A DNA stretch of 64,000 bases, taken from positions 8,645-72,644 of the forward strand of contig JAQSDW010000202.1 of NCBI GenBank assembly GCA_029946105.1, given 5' to 3'. Shown here one piece after another: positions 57,103-64,000 of the stretch. Below the pieces are notes generated by a model. That model had not been told where the DNA came from. It worked only from the letters and a program-made list of their open reading frames with translations, and made no database searches. The stretch's first letter is position 1; each line of letters begins with the position of its first letter. Both the position numbers and the translations under genes were made by a program. Source of the stretch: Reyranella sp. GTDB lineage: Bacteria; Pseudomonadota; Alphaproteobacteria; Reyranellales; Reyranellaceae.

Positions 57103-58707
57103 ATGTCGACCGATTTCGATGCAGTGATCATCGGCGCGGGCTTTGGCGGCATGTATATGCTGCATCGCCTGCGCCTCAAGGGTTTTACCGCACGCGTGAT
57201 CGAGGCCGGCAAGGGTGTCGGCGGCACCTGGTACTGGAACCGCTATCCCGGCGCGCGCTGCGACGTCGAGAGCGTGCAGTACTCCTACCAGTTCTCGGCC
57301 GAGCTGGAGCAGGAATGGGAATGGACCGAGCGCTACGCTACCCAGCCCGAGATCTTGCGCTATGCCAACCATGTCGCCGACCGCTTCGACCTCAGGCGCG
57401 ATATCCGCTTCGAGACGCGGGTCACAGCCGCGGTGTTCGACGAAGCGGCAAACGTCTGGCGCGTCGAGACTGAGAATGTCGGGACCAAGGAGGGAGACAA
57501 AGTGGCGGCGCGCTTCGTCATCACCGCCATGGGCTGCCTGTCCTCGCCCAACACGCCCCGGATCGAGGGCCTCGCGGATTTCAAGGGCCCGACCTATCAC
57601 ACCGGCAACTGGCCGCACGAGGGCGTCGACTTCACCGGCAAGACCGTGGGCGTGATCGGCACCGGCTCCTCCGCCATCCAGTCAATCCCCATCATGGCGC
57701 AGCAGGCCAAGCACCTGACGGTGTTCCAGCGCACCGCCAACTACACCGTGCCGGCGCACAACAAGCCGCTCGACCCGGCCTATGTCGCCAAGGTCAAGGC
57801 GCACTACCCCGAGATGCGCAAGCGCGCCAAGACCAAGCCGGCCGGCATCGATTTCGTGATCAACATGGCGTCGGCAATCGAGACGCCCGAAGCCGAGCGC
57901 CGCCGCCTGTTCGAGGAACGCTGGGCCTATGGCGGCCTGGGCTTCATGGCCTCGTTCTCCGACCTTCTGCTGAACGACGAGTCGAACAAGACCGCGGCCG
58001 ATTTCGTCCGCTCCAAGATCCGTGAAGTGGTGAAGGACCCGAAGACCGCCGAGGCGCTTACGCCCAGGAACATCATCGGCTGCAAGCGGCTGTGCGTCGA
58101 CACTGGCTACTGGGAGACCTTCAACCGTTCCAACGTCACGCTGGTCGACATCAGCGACGCGCCGATCGAGCGCGTCACGGCAGCTGGCCTGCGGGCCAAG
58201 GGCCAAGACTACAGCTTCGACTGCCTGGTGCTGGCCACCGGCTTCGACGCCATGACCGGCGCGTTGCTCAAGGTCGATATCCGCGGCCGTGGCGGTGTTG
58301 CTCTCAAGGACAAATGGAGCGAGGGGCCCAAGTCCTATCTCGGGCTCACGGTCGTAGGCTTTCCCAACTTCTTCACCATCACCGGGCCGGGTAGCCCGTC
58401 GGTGTTGACCAACATGCTTCCCTCGATCGAGCAGCATGTCGATTTCATTGCCGATTGCCTGGAGGCGTTGCGTGCCAAGGGCGTGGCTGTGATCGAGCCG
58501 GTCGAGCAGGCCCAGGAAGCCTGGGTGGGCCAGGTCGGTGACGCGGCCAACATCACGCTGCGCTCGACCTGCAGCTCCTGGTACGTGGGCGCCAACATTC
58601 CCGGCAAGCCGCGCGTGTTCATGCCCTATATCGGTGGCCTGCCAGCGTACATCGCCGCCTGCGAGACGATCGTGAAGAACGACTACGAGGGCTTCGCGGT
58701 CTCCTAA
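57103..58707 (+). CDS. Baeyer-Villiger monooxygenase (cyclohexanone monooxygenase family)
   Basis: GAGFGG, GGTWYWNRYPGARCD, BVMO fingerprint FKGPTYHTGNWP, IGTGSSAIQ, ATGFD. Confidence 0.93.
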   Translation: MSTDFDAVIIGAGFGGMYMLHRLRLKGFTARVIEAGKGVGGTWYWNRYPGARCDVESVQYSYQFSAELEQEWEWTERYATQPEILRYANHVADRFDLRRDIRFETRVTAAVFDEAANVWRVETENVGTKEGDKVAARFVITAMGCLSSPNTPRIEGLADFKGPTYHTGNWPHEGVDFTGKTVGVIGTGSSAIQSIPIMAQQAKHLTVFQRTANYTVPAHNKPLDPAYVAKVKAHYPEMRKRAKTKPAGIDFVINMASAIETPEAERRRLFEERWAYGGLGFMASFSDLLLNDESNKTAADFVRSKIREVVKDPKTAEALTPRNIIGCKRLCVDTGYWETFNRSNVTLVDISDAPIERVTAAGLRAKGQDYSFDCLVLATGFDAMTGALLKVDIRGRGGVALKDKWSEGPKSYLGLTVVGFPNFFTITGPGSPSVLTNMLPSIEQHVDFIADCLEALRAKGVAVIEPVEQAQEAWVGQVGDAANITLRSTCSSWYVGANIPGKPRVFMPYIGGLPAYIAACETIVKNDYEGFAVS

Positions 58708-60311
58708 TACCCGATCGCGGCGCCGTCGCTGCGCGGGTCGGCGCCGCCGATGCGCAGGCCGCTTGCGGCATCGACCGTGATGCCGTGAGCGTGGCCCGCC
58801 AGTTCGTTCCACGGGCCCCAGCGGTTGAGCAGGTGGCCGCGCCGTTCCAGTTCGGCCACGGTCTCGGGGGCAAAGCGCCCCTCGATGTGCAGCGTGTCGC
58901 GCGGCTCGCCGATGGCAAAGCGGCCGGACAGGAAGCGCGGCGTTTCCAGCGCCTCCTGAATGTCGCGACCATGGTCGATCATGGCGAGATAGGTCTGCAG
59001 GTGGATCTGCGGTTGGCCGTCGGCCCCCATACAACCGACCACGGCCCATAACTTGTCGTCGCGAAACGCCATGGACGCGATCAGCGTGTGCAGCGGGGTC
59101 TTGCCCGGTTCGACGCGGTTGGGACTCGCGGGATCGAGCGAGAAATAGGCCGACCGATTCTGCAGCACGACGCCGGTGCGGCCTGCCACGACCGCCGCAC
59201 CGAAGCCGCCATAGAGCGAGTGGATCAGCGAGACCGCGTTGCCGTCCGAGTCGATCACGGCGATGTAGACCGTGTCGCCGGCCAGGCTGCCGTAGGAGGG
59301 GATGCGGTCCCACGGGACGGCCCGGGCCGGATCCATCAACGCGCGCCGCTCGTCGGCGTATTCCTTCGAGATCAGGCGCGCCATCGGCACATCGGCAAAA
59401 CGTGGATCGGCAAGATGGCGGTCGCGGTCGTGATAGGCGAGCTGCTTGGCCTGCACCATGTAGTGCACGTAGTCGGGGCCGAGGAACGGCTTTCTATGCA
59501 TCTCCAGCGGTTCGAGCAGGTTCAGCATTTCCAGCACGGCGAAGCCCTGCGTCGGTGCGGGCGTTTCGTAGATCGTGACGCCACGATAGCTGCCCTTCAG
59601 CGGTTCACCCCGGCACGCGACCTGTGCCTTGAGGTCATCAGGCGTGAAGAAGCCGTCATTGGCCGCCGACCAGCGCACCAGCTCGCGCGCCACTTCGCCG
59701 TCGTAGAAGCCGTGCCAGCCGTCGCTGGCGATCGCTTCGAGCGTCCGCGCGAGATCAGGGTTGGTGAGGAGGGCGCCTTCCTTCAGGAAGATCGCCGCGG
59801 CCTCCGGACTCTTGGCCAGTTCGTCCTTGGCGAGTTCACGCCAGTAGGCGAGCCGCGCCGTCACCGGAAAGCCGTTGCGGGCGTAACCGATGGCGCTTTC
59901 GAGACAGCGCTTTAACGGCAGACGTCCATAGGCGGCATGGGCTTCGCCCCAGCTTGCGACGGCGCCGGGCACGGTTAGTGTTCCCGGTAGCACGCCCTTA
60001 TACGGCACTTCGGTGAGGCCGCGCCGCGTGAAGGCCTCGATCGTGCCGCCTGAAGTGGCGCGACCGCCGCCGTCGATGTAGTGCACGGCGCCGGTCTTGG
60101 CCTCGTGGATCAGCCAGAAGGCATCGCCGCCCACGCCCGTCATGTGCGGATAAAGCACCGAGAGGGCAGCGCTCGTGGCGACGGCGGCGTCGACGGCCGA
60201 ACCGCCGGCGCGCAGCACGTCGACTCCGGCCTGCGAGGCCAGCGAATGAGGGGAAGTCACCATGCCGTTCGGCGCGAGGGTGGCCGGACGGCCGGTGCGT
60301 ATGTCTACCAT
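58704..60311 (-). CDS. Gamma-glutamyltransferase family protein
   Basis: GGSAVDAA, GVGGDAF, GDTVY (catalytic Thr), PLHTL, GADGQPQ, GADPRSDG. Confidence 0.92.
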   Translation of the reverse strand: MVDIRTGRPATLAPNGMVTSPHSLASQAGVDVLRAGGSAVDAAVATSAALSVLYPHMTGVGGDAFWLIHEAKTGAVHYIDGGGRATSGGTIEAFTRRGLTEVPYKGVLPGTLTVPGAVASWGEAHAAYGRLPLKRCLESAIGYARNGFPVTARLAYWRELAKDELAKSPEAAAIFLKEGALLTNPDLARTLEAIASDGWHGFYDGEVARELVRWSAANDGFFTPDDLKAQVACRGEPLKGSYRGVTIYETPAPTQGFAVLEMLNLLEPLEMHRKPFLGPDYVHYMVQAKQLAYHDRDRHLADPRFADVPMARLISKEYADERRALMDPARAVPWDRIPSYGSLAGDTVYIAVIDSDGNAVSLIHSLYGGFGAAVVAGRTGVVLQNRSAYFSLDPASPNRVEPGKTPLHTLIASMAFRDDKLWAVVGCMGADGQPQIHLQTYLAMIDHGRDIQEALETPRFLSGRFAIGEPRDTLHIEGRFAPETVAELERRGHLLNRWGPWNELAGHAHGITVDAASGLRIGGADPRSDGAAIGY

Positions 60312-60340
60312 GAGGATTTCTTAGGTCGTTTTGCGGGCGG

Positions 60341-60391
60341 TTGACAGGGCGCCGCGAAGTTTCTAACACTTAACTCAAGAGTTAAGTGTTA
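60341..60391 (+). promoter_or_regulatory. Sigma70-like promoter overlapped by a perfect 28-bp operator palindrome
   Basis: TTGACA at 60341, N17, then TAACACTTAACTC-AA-GAGTTAAGTGTTA (60364-60391). Confidence 0.8.
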
Positions 60392-60407
60392 TCGGAAAGG
60401 CCGGACG

Positions 60408-60956
60408 ATGCTCAAAACGCTCGCCTACATCGCTGTTGCCGTCGCGATCGTCGTTGTCGGCATCCTGATCTATGCCGCGACCCGGCCCGACACTTTCCGT
60501 GTCCAGCGCAGCACGACCATCAAGGCGGCGCCCGAGAAGATCTTCGCCCTGATCAACGATCTTCACGCCTGGGCCGCCTGGTCACCGTACGAGAAGAAGG
60601 ATCCGGGCATGAAGCGGACTTTTGGCGGCGCGCCCAGCGGCAAGGACGCCGTCTACGAGTGGGACGGCGACAAGAATGTCGGCAAGGGACGGATGGAGAT
60701 CACCGATACGACGTCGCCGTCGAAGATCGTCATCAAGCTCGACTTCTTCAAGCCGTTCGAGGGCCATAACACCGCCGAATTCACCATGGAACCGGCCAAG
60801 GGTCCTGGGGGTGACAGCACGGTTGTCACTTGGGCGATGTATGGACCCGCCGCCTTCATGATGAAGGTGATGGGCATTTTCATGAACATGGACAACATGA
60901 TCGGCAACGACTTCGCCGCGGGCCTCGCCAACCTGAAGGCCGTCGCTGAAAAATAA
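60408..60956 (+). CDS. SRPBCC family protein (polyketide cyclase-like)
   Basis: VQRS.TI.A.PEKIF, WSPYEKKDP, VGKGRMEI, LANLK. Confidence 0.88.
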   Translation: MLKTLAYIAVAVAIVVVGILIYAATRPDTFRVQRSTTIKAAPEKIFALINDLHAWAAWSPYEKKDPGMKRTFGGAPSGKDAVYEWDGDKNVGKGRMEITDTTSPSKIVIKLDFFKPFEGHNTAEFTMEPAKGPGGDSTVVTWAMYGPAAFMMKVMGIFMNMDNMIGNDFAAGLANLKAVAEK

Positions 60957-60977
60957 GTACCGCTTTCGGAGTACGCC

Positions 60978-61631
60978 ATGAAGATCGCAATTCCCTCGAT
61001 CGCGCGCGTCCTTTTGCTGGGCATTGCCCTGTCGCAGATTCCGGCCATGGGTGGCCTGGCGCAGGGCACTTGCCCGCCCGGCATGCCGCCCGGTGTGTTC
61101 TGTGGCGAGCGCAACATTGCGCACGCCACCGCCGGAACCTACGCGCTCGATCCCGATCATTCGGCGGTCCTGGCGCGCGTCTCGCACATTGGTTACTCCT
61201 ACAGCATCTTCCGCTTCGATCGCGTGAGCGGCACGCTGGTGTGGAATCCCGATGCCATCGCGCGGTCGACGCTGTCGGCCAAGGTGGTGACCGAATCGAT
61301 CACTTCGAACGTCAAAGGCTTCGCCAGCCAGCTTGCCGGCGACCAGTTCCTGAACGCGCCTCGTTTTCCCGAAGTGACTTTCGTCTCGACCGCCTTTCGT
61401 CCGTCCGATGCCACCAGCGGCAAGGTCGATGGCAATCTCACGCTGATGGGCAAGACCGCGCCCGTCACGTTCGATGTGACGCTGGTCGGTGCCGGCAAGG
61501 GCTTCAGCGGGCAGCCGCGCCTCGGTGTTCATGCCAGCACCTGGATCAAGCCGCAGGACTTCGGCCTGCCGGCGATGTTTTCCGAAGCCATCGAAATCGT
61601 CGTCGACGCCGAGTTCGCGCGGAACCCATGA
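60978..61631 (+). CDS. YceI family protein
   Basis: YALDPDHS.V...VSHIG, G.LTL.GKT.PV.FDV. Confidence 0.88.
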   Translation: MKIAIPSIARVLLLGIALSQIPAMGGLAQGTCPPGMPPGVFCGERNIAHATAGTYALDPDHSAVLARVSHIGYSYSIFRFDRVSGTLVWNPDAIARSTLSAKVVTESITSNVKGFASQLAGDQFLNAPRFPEVTFVSTAFRPSDATSGKVDGNLTLMGKTAPVTFDVTLVGAGKGFSGQPRLGVHASTWIKPQDFGLPAMFSEAIEIVVDAEFARNP

Positions 61632-62089
61632 ACGTCATGGTGAAACCGGCTGGATCGGAACTCGTCCTCACGCGCGAGCTCAAGGCGCCGCGTGAGCGCG
61701 TGTTCGCGGCCTGGATCGACGTCAAGCAGGCATCCCTCTGGTGGGCGCCGCGGGATTTCACGCCACTGTCGTGCGAGATGGACGTGCGGCCGGGCGGCAT
61801 CTGGCGCCGCCGCATGCGTTCGCCCAGCGGCGACGTGATCCTGAAGCACGGTGTCTATCGCGAGGTCGCCGCTCCCGAGCGCCTGGTCTTCACCTACATC
61901 ACCGAGAATGCCGCGGGCATCATCGATCCGGAGACGCTGGTGTCGATCAACTTCACCGATCTCGGCGGCGGCCGGACCCGGCTCACGCTGTGCCACGCTG
62001 CCTTCGAAACGGAAACGTCTCGCGACGACCATCGCGGCGGCTGGTCCGGCGGCCTCGAACGGTTCGCGGACTTCATTGAAGAAACCTGA
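61628..62089 (+). CDS. SRPBCC/AHSA1-like protein
   Basis: LTRELKAPRERVFAAW, DVRPGG.W, G.YREV..PERLVFT, HRGGW. Confidence 0.88.
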   Translation: MNVMVKPAGSELVLTRELKAPRERVFAAWIDVKQASLWWAPRDFTPLSCEMDVRPGGIWRRRMRSPSGDVILKHGVYREVAAPERLVFTYITENAAGIIDPETLVSINFTDLGGGRTRLTLCHAAFETETSRDDHRGGWSGGLERFADFIEET

Positions 62090-62109
62090 GCAGCACAAGG
62101 AGAACGACG

Positions 62110-62523
62110 ATGAACATTCAGCCCTATCTGTCTTTTGAAGGAAAAGCCCAGGAGGCCATCGACTTCTACAAGAGCGCCGTCGGCGCCGAAGTGAAGGTCG
62201 TCATGCACTTCAAGGACGCGCCGCCCGAGGCGCAGGCCCAGATGGCGCCCGGTATGGGCGAGAAGGTCATGCATTCCTGCATCAAGATCGGCGATTCAGA
62301 CGTGTTCCTGTCGGACGGTCGCTGCGGCGGCAACGCGAGCTTCTCGGGCGTCACGCTCACGATCAACGCCACCAACGATGGCGAGGCAGATAAGCTCTTC
62401 GCCGCGCTCGGCAAGGGTGGTCAGGCGACCATGCCGATGGCCGAAACCTTCTTCGCCACGCGCTTCGGCATGCTGACCGACAAGTTCGGCGTCAACTGGA
62501 TGGTGCTGAACCCGAAGACCTAG
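62110..62523 (+). CDS. VOC/PhnB-like protein
   Basis: QPYLSF.G...A..FY, VMHS, MP..ETFFA..FGM..DKFGVNWM. Confidence 0.9.
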   Translation: MNIQPYLSFEGKAQEAIDFYKSAVGAEVKVVMHFKDAPPEAQAQMAPGMGEKVMHSCIKIGDSDVFLSDGRCGGNASFSGVTLTINATNDGEADKLFAALGKGGQATMPMAETFFATRFGMLTDKFGVNWMVLNPKT

Positions 62524-62572
62524 GCCGGCCGCGGCACTTCGAAGCCATCGACGACTAACCAAGGAGAGAGCG

Positions 62573-62986
62573 ATGCAGATCCAACCCTACTTGTTCTTCG
62601 ACGGTCGTTGCGAGGAGGCGCTGGATTTCTATAAGGCCGCGGCCGGCGCCAAGGTCGAGATGCTGATGCGCTTCAAGGAGAATCCCGACCGCGGCAAGGG
62701 CGGCATGGAACCGCCGGGCGCGGACGACAAGGTGATGCATGCCGCCTTCAAGATCGGCGACACCATGATCCTGGCGTCGGACGGCAATTGCACGGGCAAG
62801 CCCAAGTTCGACGGCTTCTCGCTGGCGGTGAGCGTCAAGGACGAGGCCGAGGCCGACAAGACCTTCGCCGGGCTGGGCGAGGGCGGCGAGGTCAACATGC
62901 CGCTCGCCAAGACGTTCTTCTCGCCCAAATTCGGCATGGTCCGCGACAAGTTCGGCGTCAATTGGATGGTGATGGTCGGGACCTGA
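62573..62986 (+). CDS. VOC/PhnB-like protein (tandem paralogue)
   Basis: QPYLFFDGRCEEA..FY, KVMHA, MPLAKTFFS..FGMV.DKFGVNWM. Confidence 0.9.
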   Translation: MQIQPYLFFDGRCEEALDFYKAAAGAKVEMLMRFKENPDRGKGGMEPPGADDKVMHAAFKIGDTMILASDGNCTGKPKFDGFSLAVSVKDEAEADKTFAGLGEGGEVNMPLAKTFFSPKFGMVRDKFGVNWMVMVGT

Positions 62987-62991
62987 GAGGT

Positions 62992-63239
62992 TTGCAGGTT
63001 CAGCAGGTTTATGCTGGTATTTCTGTCATGATGGGAGACGCCCGCGGGAGAGATCCGGCGGGCGTTTTTCGTGGTCCATGGGTGCCCATTTCGACTGCCG
63101 TCGCCGGACACTCATGATCGAATGTCGCCGTTCTGGATGGCACACCCGGTCATCCGCCGATTGTTCCGTGCGATCAACGACTTGACCAGGGTCCGTGGCA
63201 CAACGAGTGGCACACATCGTGGCACAACGAGGTGTGCCA
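62992..63239 (+). repeat. Dispersed non-coding element, copy E3
   Basis: 5' motif TTGCAGGTTCAGCAGG...TATTTCTG; TGGCACA at 63196, 63208, 63220; inverted TGTGCCA at 63233. Confidence 0.7.
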
Positions 63240-63261
63240 AAAAGCAGCCCTTGCGTGTGCG

Positions 63262-64000
63262 TTAGCCCTTGTCGACGTTGGCGCTGCGCAGGGGGACGCC
63301 GAACTCGCGTCGGCAGACCTCGGCCAGCACCGCGACGCCCTGCTTGATCGTCTCGGGCTCGGGGTTGGCGAAGCAGAGCCGCAGCCGGTTCTTGGCGTAG
63401 GCCTTGTTGGTCGACCATTCCGGCCCGGGATTGAGCGACACGCCGGCGGCGAGTGCGGCCTGCGCGAGCTTCTGCGTGTCGACGACATCGGGCAGCTTGA
63501 TCCAGAGATAGATGCCGCCCGGCGGATCGCCGAATTCGGCGGCGGTGCCGAACTGTTCGGCCAGCGCCTCGCGCAGCACCTGCAGCTTGGCATGCAGCGT
63601 CTTGTTGAGCTTGGGCACATGGGTGGCGAAATGCTGGGTGCAGAACTCGGCCAGGATCATCTGCTCGAGCGCGCCGGAACCCGCGTCCTGCTTCAGCCCG
63701 AGGATGCGACCGATGATGTCCCACTTGGCGACGAGATAGCCGACGCGAAGCGCCGGTGCGATCGACTTGGAGAAGGAGCCGACGAAGATCACGCCTTCGC
63801 CGTTGGCCATCGAATAGATCGAGCGCGGACGCTCGCCGCTCCAGATCAAGTCGGAGTAGCACTCGTCCTCGAAGATCATGACGCCATATTCGGCCGCGAG
63901 CTTGATGAGCTCGGCGCGGCGCTTCTCGCCCATGATGGCGCCGGTCGGATTCTGTATCGTCGGGATGGTGTAGATGTACTTGGGCTTGATGCCCTTGCCC
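63262..64000 (-). CDS. PLP-dependent aminotransferase, class I/II (MocR-like AAT domain; 5' end outside window)
   Basis: YTIPTIQNPTG, FEDECY, GSFSKSIAPALRVGY, LRLCF. Confidence 0.9.
   Translation of the reverse strand, partial: GKGIKPKYIYTIPTIQNPTGAIMGEKRRAELIKLAAEYGVMIFEDECYSDLIWSGERPRSIYSMANGEGVIFVGSFSKSIAPALRVGYLVAKWDIIGRILGLKQDAGSGALEQMILAEFCTQHFATHVPKLNKTLHAKLQVLREALAEQFGTAAEFGDPPGGIYLWIKLPDVVDTQKLAQAALAAGVSLNPGPEWSTNKAYAKNRLRLCFANPEPETIKQGVAVLAEVCRREFGVPLRSANVDKG

Overview
GC-rich alphaproteobacterial chromosomal segment. Gene content and style (lpoA-like/rsmI/yraN/gshB/arfB block, many SRPBCC, VOC and PAS genes) suggest a Reyranella-like organism; this is inference only. The backbone carries metabolic and envelope genes, signalling genes, an RND pump with a patatin gene, and several oxidoreductases. 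Four things stand out. (1) A ~15 kb island inserted at tRNA-Arg(CCT), bounded by a 17-bp direct repeat (28032-28048 / 43101-43117). It holds a decayed large serine recombinase, nnrS, a Crp/Fnr regulator, a fused double NarK, narGHJI and accessory genes, with FNR-type boxes. (2) A decayed defence/TA islet (12.3-15.2 kb): sbtA stub, hicBA, an MmeI-like methyltransferase fragment fused by deletion to the 3' end of darT, an intact darG, and an orphan XRE antitoxin. (3) A 4.7 kb signalling block flanked by a degenerate 56-bp duplicate of the 3' end of a dienelactone hydrolase gene. (4) Three dispersed, co-oriented non-coding elements (15251-15606, 46631-47067, 62992-63239). They share a 34-bp 5' motif, have a variable hairpin-rich interior, and end in a geometrically conserved array of TG(T/G)CACA heptamers. 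This unexplained element family is my best candidate for an undescribed system. No CRISPR array or rRNA was seen. Product calls come from motif recognition by eye, not database searches.
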